Below are positions 40,320 through 53,372 of a stretch of 64,000 nt of DNA, piece after piece. The notes under the pieces are model-generated. The model was given only the letters and a program-made list of their open reading frames with translations. It had not been told where the DNA came from and searched no databases. Position numbers and translations under genes: made by a program. The DNA is from the human T2T-CHM13v2.0 reference genome, Homo sapiens, in NCBI RefSeq assembly GCF_009914755.1, contig NC_060932.1; one strand, 5' to 3'. Position 1 is the first letter of the stretch, and each line of letters begins with the position of its first letter.

Positions 40320-40628
40320 GGCTGGGCACAGTGGCTCACACCTGTAATCCCAGCACTTTGAGAGGCCGAGGTGGGTGGATCACCTGAGGTCAGGAGTTTG
40401 AGACCAGCCTAGCCAATATGGTGAAATCCCATCTCTACTAAAAATACAAAAATTTGCCGGGCATGGTGATGGATACCTGTAATCCTAGCTACTCAGGAGA
40501 CTGAGGCAGGAAAATCACTTGAACCCAGAAGACGGAGGTTGCAGTGAGCCGAGATCATGCCACTGCACTCCAGCCTGAGCAACAGAGCAAGACTCCATCT
40601 CAAAAAATAAAAATAAAAAAATACAAAA
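40320..40628 (+). mobile_element. AluSx-type
   Basis: Full dimer, gatcacctgaggtcaggag; TSD core attataag. Confidence 0.93.
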
Positions 40629-40699
40629 TTATAAGCCTTTTTTTTTTCAAAAAATGAACAATCTAGCAAGGATATCTAAAACTAAGTATAAAATGAGAT

Positions 40700-40942
40700 A
40701 ATACCATAATAATTAATATTTGCAAGTTGCTTTGTAATTTGATGAATATCTCCTCATTTATAATCTTGTTTAATTATTAGAAATATGCTGTGGGATAAGA
40801 AGATTATTATCATCCTCATTGCATCAGGGAGAGCCCTGTAGCTCACGCAGGCAAATGATTTTCCTCAGAATAATCATCAGTAGGGGAGCAACAAACAGAG
40901 TTAAATCCAACAATTCTAGCCCTGAACGCTTTGCTCTCTCCC
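40700..40942 (-). mobile_element. MIR (old, MIRc-like)
   Basis: attattatcatcctcattgc...aaatgattttcc...tgctctctcc. Confidence 0.45.
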
Positions 40943-41380
40943 CAAGTAAGGTGATAGAAGAAAAGTACAAAGAAAGTGCTATTGGAATTCACAGGAGGAA
41001 ATGCCATGAAAAACCAGAATGTTCTCAAAACCACATCACAGATGAGTTTCTCCATCAGGCATCTGGCTGCAGTGTCTTCAGTAACTCGTTTATCAAACAG
41101 TTGCTATAAGTTCAGCTAACAGTGTCCTTCCCTAGAGTTGTTGCTCTGTCACACAGAAGAGGCCATTGTGGCCTCACTGTTGTTTTCAATAACTCTGGAA
41201 CATCAAATTTATCTTTATAATTGCAAAGATGTTAAGGTCGCCAGATTTCTGTATTGAACAACAAAAGGACGGTCAATTATCAGATTTTTAATAGGAGACA
41301 GGAGAAGTAAAAAGGAAAAGAGAGGCAGAAAGGCCTTAGGGTGACTTAAGTCAGGAAGTTGCAACATCAGATCTTAATTT

Positions 41381-41470
41381 TTTCATTCAACAAATATTTA
41401 TTAATTCCCTTCCTCGTGCAAGCCACTGTGCTGGATGCTGGGGTTACAAAAGTGAACAGACTAACCATGT
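41381..41470 (-). mobile_element. L2 3' end
   Basis: ttcattcaacaaatatttatt...cactgtgctggatgctggggttaca. Confidence 0.7.
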
Positions 41471-43782
41471 CAGGCACATGCACAAAACATGGGTGCCTAC
41501 TTCTAAACTGTATATTATGCATCTGAGACATTTCACTTTTCTGGACACTGGGAGAAGCCATTGACAAGCCATTCCAATGCACCATAACCCTGTCTATAAT
41601 AGATTCCTGGCAACCTGAGGCTTGCTGTTCAGTCAATGATATCTTAAATTCCAATTCTTTAAAAAAAAAGAAAAAAAAGAAAAAAAATGTCCTCAAAAGT
41701 GTCCTGACCACGCACTTTGGGAATTCCCACTTTGACGGACTTCCAAGCTCTTTGGGGCCTTCTTGGGAGGTAATGACAGCATATCCAATCTGTCCCTCCC
41801 CCACCCCCAGCAGCTTTCTCTCTGACCTTCTTAGAGAGATGGTAATCACTCATATGAAAACCAAACCAAAACTCACCGTAGCCTCCCAACTGCTGATAAC
41901 AATGTTAAAAGGCCATGTTTCCGGCTCTCCCTCTCTCTGCCAGAGAAGAAGGGTACATGGGAAGGGCCTCCCACTGACCAGGAGTGAAAGAGAACTCTTC
42001 TTTCAGACTTACATTTTCCATCACACAGGTGAAATCTTCCCTGGTCTACAAGTCCCAGCAATGGGGCTGTGGGAAAAAGTGGGTTCATTACTCAGAAGAG
42101 CCTAACTTTCCTGCAATTTCTCTTCTTCTTCTCTTTGGCATTTCAGTTTATGCATTATTCAAGATGCAAAAGCAAGAAAGGTTAAAAAAAAAAAACAAGC
42201 AAAAAAGTCACCTTCTCCTCAGAGCTCCTTTGTAAGATCAAAAAGTTCTCAAGAATGAGGATCACTTTTGTTGAGTTTACACAAAAACACTCAGGCCTCC
42301 AGGTCAGACCTACTCTGTTTTAAAATGGAAAGAGGCACCTCCACTAGGATGCTCTGAAAGCCCTCAGGAAAGAAATTGGGAAGACTTTTAATGGAGCAAC
42401 TCTTATATTCATGGATGGCCAAAAGTAAAATGATGTGATCTTGGGTAAATTATTTGACCTATCTGAATGTTCAATTCTGTAACTTTCAAATAGCATTTGG
42501 ATTTATCTAAAACTACTGTGCTGACTGATATCTATTATGGAATGGTTCATTCTGATAAATGCAATAAGACAAACTTGGTAGGAAAGTTTCCATGAGAATT
42601 TCAATTCTCAGGGCAGGAGAATTTTACCCAAGGGAGCCAAGGAGACATTCAGATCACAAATGGTTGAACCCTGGGAGGACATCAAAAGATTGTTTCCAAA
42701 GATAAGTTTCTCAGAACTGGAATCCTCCGAAATGCTCTGCCAAAAAGTGTTCCATGGTCATAGAAGCTTAGAATAGTCAACAGAGAATAACCACTCTTGG
42801 ACATTCCCAAAGAACATCACTAAAGCTGACTTTGAAATGTCCCATCTTAACTCAACTTTCTTCACATCATTGAACACTACCTTTTCAAAACTTATTTGAC
42901 CACAGATATTGGGGGTTTAAAAGAAAATCATGTATAAACATTTCATAGATGGGAAACATTGCAGAAGAAGAAATAAATTCACCTTGAAAGAAGGATAGAT
43001 TCCCAAAACTGAGCTAACTTCCTCAGCATGTAACTGATTTAAGGGTACAGCAATGTCGTTATTACGTGTCTGTCTAGAGCCTGCCAAGCTGAAGTAATAG
43101 CTACTGCATTTTTCCTTCTCTAATTGGCATTCTAAGCCTTGGCACCTGGTCCTTAATTCAAATCACAAGACTCACTCATAGCCTCACTCCAATAAACTGG
43201 CCTTACTGAAATCACTTCTCCATTTTGCATACATCCAGCTCCCAGACTTTTTTTTTAATATCCTTCTATCCCTGTAGTTCTTTCCCCAGAGACGGGTGAC
43301 CACTCCTCCAACCGTATTTCATAGAAACGAATATTTGTGTAGAACTCATTAGCCCCACTTCAGGTAGGGTGGCAGTCAATAAAAATAAAACTGCTTGGAA
43401 ATCAGCAGCTATTTGAAGGCACCGTTGTTTGAAAGACAGCTGATGGAACATGCAGCTGAGTAGGAAGGACTTACAATGGGAAACTGGGCTGAAAAACAAA
43501 TTGGAGATGCCTTCCTTCTGCTCTGGAAATGAGCTCATTAAAATCCCATGAAGCTGACCTATGCAGCCTGGTTTGCCTACGCAGACTTGGTATAAACTGT
43601 TGCAGGCCCTGAGGTTCCTCAAGGCACCATTCTAGGTGGGTAACTTGTCTAGGTTTCCACAGTCCGTTCTCACGTCAGCACACTGACACTGTGCCCAGCT
43701 CACCACTAGAAGAAAAACGGCATACTTTTCTATTTCCATGGCACGTGACAGTTTTCAAGCACTACCCTCATGATTTCCCATT

Positions 43783-43890
43783 GGATCTTAGCTCTGCAAC
43801 TTTGAAGAAATGATTTTCCCCACTGAGCCTTAGTTTTTCTCATCTGCAGAATGAGAACAAGTGGGCCATGGGTTAGAGGATTCCTTTTAG
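43783..43890 (+). mobile_element. MIR/MIR3 fragment
   Basis: ctgagccttagtttttctcatctgcagaatgaga. Confidence 0.6.
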
Positions 43891-43893
43891 CTT

Positions 43894-44075
43894 TTCATTC
43901 ACTTGTTCATTCATCCAAGGTTTCCTGAGCATTTCCTAAGAGCCAAGCACAGTGCTGGGCACAGAGTCGACAGTGGGGGTTCTCATGGTCAGTAAAGGAG
44001 ACAGATAATGGACACGGTGAATTAACCAGCAAAAACATTACCAGATATAAATTGCTTTAAATTAAACAAATAGGG
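43894..44075 (-). mobile_element. L2 3' end
   Basis: ttcattcacttgttcattcatcc...ctgagcatt...gccaagcacagtgctgggcac. Confidence 0.65.
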
Positions 44076-44227
44076 ATCTCAAGGAGGAATAAGAGAGATG
44101 TCTGTAACTCCATAATGCTTCCAATACTCACAGACAGTATATAGAACGGGAATCTAAAACTCACTGAGAAGTTCAGCAAGGGGCTTTCAGCCACACAGCC
44201 ATCTCGGTCTCCTGTGTCCCATGCTAT

Positions 44228-45574
44228 TGAGAGGTGACAGCGTCCTGGCAGTCCTCACAGCCCTCGCTCGCTCTTGGCTCCTCCTCTGCCTGGGATCCCA
44301 CTTGGACGGCACTTGAGGAGCCCTTCAGCCCGCCACTGCACTGTGGGAGCCCCTTCTGGGCTGGCCAAGGCCAGAGCCGGCTCCCTCAGCTTGCGGGGAG
44401 GTGTGGAGGGAGAGGCGCGGGCGGGAACTGGGGCTGTGCGCAGTGCTTGCGGGCCAGCGCGAGTTCCGGGTGGGCGTGGGCTCGGCGGACTCCACACTCC
44501 GAGCTGCCAGCCGGCCCCACCGGCCCCAGGCAGTGAGGGGCTTAGCACCTGGGCCAGCAGCTGCCGTGCTCAATTTCTTGCCGGGCCTTAGCTGCCTTCC
44601 TGCGGGGCAGGGCTTGGGACCTGCAGCCCGCCATGCCGAAGCCTCCCCCTCACTCCGTGGGCTCCTGTGCAGCCGGAGCCTCCCCTACGAGTGCTGCCCC
44701 CTGCTCCATGGTGCCCAGTCCCATCGACCACCCAAGGGCTGAGGAGTGCGGGCGCACGGCGCGGGACTGGCAAGCAGCTCCACCTGCAGGCCCCGTGCGG
44801 GATCCACTGGGTGAAGCCAGCTGGGCTCCTGAGTCTGGTGGGGACGTGGAGAACCTTTATGTCTAGCTCAGGGATTGTAAATACACCAATCAGCACCCTG
44901 TGTCTAGCTCAGGGTTTGTGAATGCACCAATGGACACTCTGTATCTAGCTACTCTGGTGGAGCCTTGGAGAACCTTTGTGTCCACACTCTGTATCTAGCT
45001 AATCTGGTGGGGACGTGGAGAACCTTTGTGTCTAGCTCAGGGATTGTAAACACACCAATCAGCGCCCTGTCAAAACAGACCACTCAGCTCTACCAATCAG
45101 CAAGATGTGGGTGGGGCCAGATAAGAGAATAAAAGCAGGCTGCCCCAGCCAACAGTGGCAATCCGCTCCGGTCCCCTTCCACGCTGTGGGAGCTTTGTTC
45201 TTTTGCTCTTTGCAATAAATCTTGCTACTCCTCACTCTTTGGGTCCACACTGCTTTTATGAGCTGGAACACTCACCGCGAAGGTCTGCAGCTTCACTCCT
45301 GAAGCCAGCGAGACCACGAGCCCACCAGGAGGAACCAACAACTCCAGACGCGCCGCCTTAAGAGCTGTAACACTACCGCGAAGGTCTGCAGCTTCACTTC
45401 TGAACCAGCTAGACCACGAACCCACCAGAAGGAAGATACTCGGAACACATCCGAACATCAGAAGGAACGAACAACTCCAGACGCGCCACCTTAAGAGCTG
45501 TAACACTCACCGCAAGGGTGCGCGGCTTCATTCTTGAAGTCGGTGAGACAAAAAACCCGCCAACTCCGGACACA
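44228..45574 (+). mobile_element. Solo LTR12 (ERV9 LTR, LTR12C/E-like), 1347 bp
   Basis: Starts tgagaggtgacagcgt, ends ctccggacaca; CpG-rich 5' U3, tandem enhancer repeats, U5 repeats; perfect 4-bp TSD CTAT at 44224-44227 and 45575-45578. Confidence 0.97.
44830..45219 (+). promoter_or_regulatory. LTR12 enhancer/promoter: CCAAT boxes, TATA-like AATAAA, poly(A) signal
   Basis: CCAAT at 44886, 44927, 45055, 45093; AATAAA at 45128 (ERV9 TATA equivalent) and 45214. Confidence 0.7.
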
Positions 45575-46433
45575 CTATCACTGCTCCCAGGGAGATAATT
45601 CACTTTTTGAAGCCCAGCAGGGAGGAAGTACACTTTTTGAAGCTATGCAACTGTGAACACTGTGATTTAGAGGGGATGAAAAAGAATAGCAGAAAAAGGA
45701 AAGGGAAAAAAAAAGAAAAGAGACAAAATTTCTAACTAAAAAAATTAAAATTAAAAAAAACCAAAAAACAAAAAAACCTTCCCCCTCTACAATCAGGCTT
45801 GGCCTGACAGCCAGCTTGAAAATCTAGGGCAGAACACAAGGGACTTCCCACCAAGAACTATGGCTGATTATTCCATTTTACATTTTTAAAAAGAAAAGGA
45901 GAAGAAGAAAAAAAACTTCTCGGAAGTGCGAATGAGGATTGAATTGCAGTAAAGCACAACAGGCCACCATGTCTGAGCAACAGGGATTTGGTTCTCTGTA
46001 TGGAGATGCAGTCTGACAAGACAAGTTCACTGCAGTTCACAGCGCCGTTGAACGCCAAGGCCCAGGAGGTTCACATCTGGGACTCAGCACACAAGCATTA
46101 TCACTGCTACAGCTGCAGGTAATTATTAGTAATAATAATAGATAATATTTACATAGCCTGTTTCAACTAAAGATCCAAAGACATATGATAATACCTACAA
46201 ATTTCGGTGCACATAGCCACCCCCAACAACCTGCTGAGGGATGGCTTTCCCATCAACACAATGCAGATGACATGCAGCAGATTATCGCCGGGCACTCTAA
46301 CCTGGCAGCAGCTCAGGATGGAAAGCTAAAGGAATGAAATTTAAATATTAATTTAGGCTTTCTGAAAACCCATAGAATCAATCCTTAGGAAAAAGCAATG
46401 TTTTTACACATTTGTCAAAACCCACAGAAAGTA

Positions 46434-47012
46434 AAGGAAGTCCTCACTTAAGTTTGTCAATAGGTTCTTGGAAATGGCGACTTTTGACAACTTCAAGTGA
46501 AACATAACAAAGCCAGTTTTAACATAGGCTAATTGATATCAGTAAGAATTACATTCCTACAGCTTATTTCTGGTCACAAAAACACCATAGTTCTAAATAA
46601 ATGCCAAAATACTTCTAATATCAAACATTGAAATAAATGTGAGCTATAAATACATTTAAGAAAAATGAATAAAAACGAGTAAGATAGTTATTTACTCAAT
46701 TATGCCAGTTCAGGGTCATGGTGACTGGTGCCTGTCCTGGCTGCTCAGGACACAAGGCCAGAACCAGCCCTGGACGGGACACCCACAACCACACTCCCTC
46801 ACACTGGGCCCATGTAGACATGCCAATGAACCTAATATGCACGTCGTTGGGATGTGGGAGGAAACCTGAGTACCTGGAGAAAACACTTGCAGACATGGGG
46901 AGAACATGCAAACTCCACACAGACAGTGGCTCTGACCAGGAACTGATTTTTTTCTCAATAACGTTATCATGAAATGACATTGAACAAAACAACGTTATTC
47001 TAGAACCTGATG
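46434..47012 (+). mobile_element. MER6A (TcMar-Tigger)
   Basis: aagtcctcacttaa...ataggttcttggaaa; ggagaacatgcaaactccacacagacag; aacgttattctagaacctg end. Confidence 0.85.
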
Positions 47013-47080
47013 CAGAGGAGAGTGTTCTAATATAAACTAAAGATTTGGGGTGATAATGACGTGTCAATGTAGGCTCTTCT

Positions 47081-47280
<200 letters not shown>

Positions 47281-47787
47281 TGATGCCAGATGCTGACAGT
47301 GGGGGAGACCCTGCTTGTGTGGAAGGAGGAGGGATATGGAAATTCTCTGTACTCTCAGCACAATTTTGCTGTGAATCTAAAACTGTTCTAAAAAACAAAA
47401 TCCATTGAAAACAGAAAGAAAAAGGCATAGAGTTTCTTTATGACAGGCTGGGGCTGGTTCAATGTAGCTCAGGCACGTTCTGCTTGAATCCCAAAATTAG
47501 TGCAGCTGCATGCATAGGTTTATTGCAGCACAACTCTCAATTGCAGAGATATGGAACCAACCTAAATGCCCATAGACTAATGATTGGATAAAGAAATTGT
47601 GGTATATATACACCATAAAATATTACTCAACCATAAAAAAGAATGAAATAATGTCTTTTGCAGCAACTGGGATCTAGCTGGAGACCATTATTCTAAGTGA
47701 AGTAACTCAGGAATGAGAAACCAGATGCCATATATTCTCATTTATAAGAAGGGAGGTAAGGGATTAAAAAAAAAAACTATTTATTGG

Positions 47788-48298
<511 letters not shown>

Positions 48299-48429
48299 CT
48301 ACCTGGGTGACAAGTGCACTAAAATCTCAGACTTCACCACTATATAATTCATCCATGTAACCAAAAACCACTTGTACCCCAAAAGTTATTAAAGTTTTCA
48401 AAAATTAATAAAAAGTAAAATAAGTAGAT

Positions 48430-48850
48430 CATGAGATTCAAGTGCAATGAGAGTACTTGGAAAGTGGGCCCTAGGAGCATAGGTAAGGAGTTGGGAATGG
48501 AGGCAGGAAAGGGTAAGGAACAGTGAGAGTGCTTTGTATAGCCAGTTAGCACCTGGAGCTCTAAGCCTCTGGGGAACGCTGGAGACAGTAAGGATCCTCC
48601 CCTCAGAATTATCCTAACTGAGGAGCAAGGAAGCTGCAGTATTTACCCAACAATTCTGTGTCCTTCATTGGTTGAGGCTGCTTCTAAAGCATCAACTCCC
48701 TAGAACTTCCAATTTGCCCCCACAGATCAAGAGCATTTCTGCAGCCAGGGGAAAAAAAAATCCTCAACAGAAAGCCATAAGTGTTCCCAGTAAGCTCAGC
48801 ATAAAGGTGAATGCCATAGCTGGGGGAGAGGGCAGACAGCATCTGCTATT
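48430..48850 (-). mobile_element. ERVL LTR (LTR16-like)
   Basis: gattcaagtgcaa...aggaagctgcagtatttaccc...tcattggttgaggctgct. Confidence 0.55.
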
Positions 48851-50351
48851 CTGTTCAAGACCCAAATCATATAATCTACCCTACCTACTCTTACGAATGA
48901 ATGGGGCCAAGGGTCCGAGATGTCAGTAAAAGAAAAGAAAGCCTAGGCCCTTTTTCAACTGATAGAAAATGAAAAAGAAACACCTAAAATTGCAGATATC
49001 AGAATAAGTTATTCAATATCTACAATTACATATTGTCATACCTATCCAAAAAAGGTGATATATATTTGTTCTAGTAATTAACAAAGACGTCTGGTAAATA
49101 ACTGACTTCATGCCATGTCTCAAACAGCAATTGGCAGCACTGCACACAAAAATCCTCACCATGGAAATATTTGGATGTGTTTAAAGCATTTCAGATTTCT
49201 AGAAGATATGTGAGCCGCCATGGTGGCACATAATGGGATTGGTCTCACGATGTCCCCTTAAAACAACCGTTTCCTTCGAGGAGGTAAACAGTAATGTAAA
49301 ACATGTTTTTTTTTGCTGTGAAGTTTTAAAGAACTGCAGTAACCACAATAATACTGAGGCTTTTTCCTTCATTAATATTCTAGTTAAATGCACACCAGTG
49401 ACAAGCTGCTCAACCTTATGATGTCCTGGGACAAGTTTTTTCTAAGTCTTACATTGTCTGTTCCTTTGACTGTGTGTTTAGCATGGAAAAGTAAAGAAAA
49501 GGTTTTTGTACTAAGGAACACAACAAAAGAGATTTTGAAAGATTTATTCTACTTAAATATACATTTCATTTTAAAGAGTTAACGTGCTACCCATGAAGAA
49601 GCTATTTGATCCAAGGTTAAAGAGAAGATCCCACATTGAATGTGAAAGGATAAAAGATGACATAACACTATCCTATAAGGTTTTCTATTCAAAAGCAATA
49701 TTTTCTATCCCTTCATCTCCCATTTCCCTACCCACTCCATCTCAATGCCGCCAGACTGGTGCATAAATAAGAAACATTGACCGGTCAAGGAGACACAAAA
49801 AACAAATGCTGTTTAAGAGATGGTGGCCAATGTCGAGTAGACGAGGAAGAGAGAGGCTTGGAAATTAACATGATATTTGACACTTCTTAATGCAATTAGA
49901 AATATCTGGGTTTCTAAACTGTACTTTGTATAAGCAGAGAAATCCTCCTTGAAGAAATGCATTTCAACAGGGTCAGCTGTTTTGTGTCCTCTTTTCACCA
50001 ATTCGATGGAATCATTTCCAACTTGGGCAAAGAACACTCTGCTCCGTTTTAAAGATTTAAATTTGTATATTGTATTAAGGTTTCCTTTTTGGTTTTGGTT
50101 TTTCTACTGTGAAGGCCAAGGATTCAACAGGAAACAAACAACCTTATAAGGGTCTGCCTTACAAACCCAAGCCTTCAAGAAGACAGTAAACATCGTAGTT
50201 ACACTGTGTTTCTGTTTGAAGCCAGAGACTGGACACTACTTCTTTCCTGTTTATTTTCCTCAACAGTATTAAGCACAGTGCCTACCTCTGTGGGCACGCA
50301 TGGAGGCCTCTCTCCATTTCAGAGTCAAGGTCTTAGAGTAAATATTTTAGA

Positions 50352-50492
50352 CCATCCGTCTTATCCATCCATCCATCCATTCATCCATCCATTCATATGA
50401 CAAATGTTTCTTGAGCATCCACTATAGGCCAAGCACCATTCATAGCATGAACAAGACAAAGTCTGCACTTTCATAGAGTTTGCATGTGAGGG
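50352..50492 (-). mobile_element. L2 3' end with (TCCA)n tail
   Basis: (ccat)n then caaatgtttcttgagcatccactataggccaagcac...tgaacaagaca. Confidence 0.75.
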
Positions 50493-50799
50493 GCTCAAAT
50501 CCTTTAGCAACAACAGTTCCTTTAGACTCCAAGACTGATGGTTCTTTTTTCATACTGGGGTAAAAAGGTAACCCCAAACACTCAAAACCTCTCTCCCAGC
50601 TGCCTTGAGGTCATTCCACACAACTCTGGCCCCTGTCTGTCCCTCCCAGACATGTCCATCCATCCCTGGCCCTCACTGTTTGCTTACCCTGGAACCCAAC
50701 ATTGTTCCATTGTTCCATGCCCCAGTGGATTCTCCACTTTCCAAGGGACTCGCCTAAGCACAAGCCTCAAATCCTTCCCGCAGCCCCTCTTCATTGGGC

Positions 50800-51052
50800 T
50801 TAAAGGAGGTTTCAAAGTTAGATAGACTTGGATTAACATGCAAAGTCAGCCACTGTCTAGCTATCCTAGACAGTGCCCAGTATCCTCTGGGCAGTTATTT
50901 AACTTCACTGAGCTTACTTTCTTCTTCCTCCTTCAAGAAGGATAGTCATACCAGCCTCATAGGTTTGCTGTGACAATTAAAGAAGACAACATTTACGCAT
51001 TTCACCTAGTTCCTATCACTTCGAATTCCCTTAGTTAATAGTGCTATTATTA
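50800..51052 (+). mobile_element. MIR
   Basis: tgggcagttatttaacttcactgagctt...cctcataggtttgctgtgacaattaaa. Confidence 0.65.
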
Positions 51053-51259
51053 ACAAGTACATTAGACAAAGAGATTAGTTCACATGTACTGACTGGTCCC
51101 TCAGTGGGTGCTAGCCACCTAGGATATCTATTCACTTATTATTTAACAAAGATTCATTGTTATGTGCAAGCTATTGTGACTGGGCTGGAATTAGTAAAAT
51201 CTAGATGTATAAATCATGTATTCTGTGCCAGGTATTGGGTAAGTGTATTACATCCATCA

Positions 51260-51934
51260 TGCAATGGACTGAATGTTTGTGTCCCCCTAAAATTCCTATG
51301 TTAAAATACTAACTTCCAGTGTGATATTATTATGAGGTGAGGCCTTTAGAGGTAATTAGGTTGTGAGAGTGGGGCCCTCCTGAATGGGATTAGTGTCTTT
51401 ATAAAAAGGAGCCCAGAAAACTCTCTCATTCTCTTTCCATGTGAGGATGCAATGAGAAATTGGCAACCTGCAACCCAGAAGAGGTCCTTTCCTAGAACAC
51501 AACCATTCTGGTGAGACAGCAAAGTAAAAAGAGCTCCCCAGAGAACCTCCAAATGGCCTACACACTGGGAGGAGAAGGCGGGCCTCGAGAAGTTCGCAAT
51601 GTTTGCAGCAGGGAGGAGCCTGGCCTCTCCTGTTCCTGGGTGGTAACCTGGGATTCAGTTGGTGAGATGGGAGCCTGTTAACAGGAACCTCTCTCATTTT
51701 GCTGTGTTGTTTTTTCTTTTTTCTTTTCACCCAGTAAATTCCGTAACCCCTCACCCTTCAAAGTGTCTGCGTGCCTAATCTTTCCTGGTGGTGTGACAGG
51801 AACCCAGATTTTTCCTACAACACTGGCCTCCTATCTCAGATTTCCAGTCTCCAGAACTGTAAGAAATACATTTCTATTGTTTCAGCTACCCAGTCTGTGG
51901 TCATTTATTTTTGCAGCCCAAGCTGACTAAGACT
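51260..51934 (+). mobile_element. MLT1A-type MaLR LTR interrupted by MER61
   Basis: tgcaatggactgaatgtttgtgtcccc...; resumes ctccagaactgtaagaaata...gctgactaagac; TSD catca/cacca. Confidence 0.85.
51512..51822 (+). mobile_element. ERV1 solo LTR (MER61-like), 311 bp
   Basis: tgagacagc...tttgcagcagggaggagcctggcctctcctgttcc...ctacaaca; 4-bp TSD CTGG at 51508 and 51823. Confidence 0.8.
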
Positions 51935-53004
51935 CACCATCTCACTAAAATCACAGAGGTCATGCTTATCCCTATTTTGCAGACGAGCAAACTGAGACTC
52001 AGAGAAGATTAGGGAACTCGACCAAAGCAGTCCATTGGCTGAAAGTAGCACATCCAGAGTTTTAGCCCACAGCTACCTGACTTCGCAGCAAACGTGTCAG
52101 GCTCACCACCACAAAATTGCACATATGCACTCCTTGGCTCATGATCTGAGCAAACTCAACTCAAGAAAATGAATATTGAGAGGAGTCCCAATTGTAGCCT
52201 AAGTCCATAGGCCTCAATCTGAAGGAAATTGAACTGAATTGGAAGAAATGAGGCTTCAACCAGGAGAAAATTTTATTTAAAATTGAAAGGTAATCGTTTT
52301 GGATTTCTTCAGGCCACATCTCTCTAGGTCCTTTATTTATGATATAGGTAAGGGTAGAAAGAGCTAGTAGATATAAATCTGCCAATAAAAATGATATCTA
52401 GCTATGCTTCAATCAACTGCAAGTCTATGTTACAGGATTTCTCAGCAGTTATTGGCAGAAGAGAACGTTTTCTCTTTTGTAGTCTATACATTAGATGTGA
52501 ATTGAAGTGACTTCGACTCAAGGCTGTCCTTTGGAGAGAGAATAACATGGTGAGGAACCACAAAGTCATTTCATATTATCAAAGGCCACGTCTGTTTTCC
52601 ATTAAGAAGCAGGCCAGACAACTAACAAAAGGTAGAGTTGTTTTCTTGACTGGTGATATCTTGTCTAGACTCCAGAAAGCTCTCCTCTATCCTGATTCTA
52701 TGGGGTCTCTTAAACTCCAACTCTCATCCTGTTCCTAAACCAGTCACTTTTTTTGGAACTCACCCCCACCATTTTCCACCACCCAAAGTATTAGAGTCTA
52801 ATCTTCTGCTGAATTCTTTTTCAGCTGTTACTGTGCTTCTATCCCTGGCACCAGCTCCTTCCTAATTAATGGCCTCTGTTTTTGAACTTTATTTTGCTAC
52901 CCACTGGCTCCTGCAGAACTCTTGCATGGCTGGCTTCCCACTGTGTTTTAAGACACTGTCTCTGGCCTCAGTCCCAGCCCTACCGTGGATCATTTCTTCA
53001 GTTA

Positions 53005-53372
53005 AAGAAATATGAAAATTGTTTGAAACAACTGGGATACACTACTTGGAGAAAAGAAGATCCAAGGAGCCCATATCAAATGTCTAAGGCCCCTAGATAA
53101 TCGAAATCTAGAAGAAAGTCTAGATTTATTATGTGGCTCCAGACAGGATATTAGAACAAATGGGAAAACACTCTTCTGCCCAATATCGAGAACTTTCCAA
53201 AATTGTGGTTGTCCAACAATGGAATATGCTGCTACTATAAGTCATGTATTTTCTGTAATTGAGCATACTCAAGCAGAAGTGTAATGACTACTTCTTGGGA
53301 ATGTAGTAGAAGTGATTCTTGAATCAAATAAGAGCTGGTCTGAGTACAGCCAAGGCCCTGCTGACTTCTTAA
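53005..53372 (+). mobile_element. L3/CR1 3' region
   Basis: Peptide YENCLKQLG resembles CR1 ORF2 YEERLKELG; tccaacaatggaat...ctcaagcagaag. Confidence 0.6.

Larger units (their letters stand above)
51212..52090 (-). mobile_element. MIR split by MLT1A (pieces ~51212-51259 and 51935-52090)
   Basis: tgtgccaggtattg...; ctattttgcagacgagcaaactgagactcagaga. Confidence 0.65.

Noticed and set aside
41342-41353. 12-nt palindrome TGACTTAAGTCA and 7-bp stems at 25388 and 41159
   Set aside because: Many are expected by chance in 64 kb.
41367-42105. 160-aa and 117-aa ORFs
   Set aside because: The 160-aa ORF runs through an A-tract and an L2 end; neither ORF resembles a known protein.
44234-44921. CpG-island-like region with GC-rich ORFs
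   Set aside because: U3 region of LTR12, not a host CpG-island promoter or CDS.
45265-45520. Spaced direct repeats superficially like a CRISPR array
   Set aside because: Known LTR12 U5 tandem repeats; no unique spacers or cas genes, and the DNA is eukaryotic.
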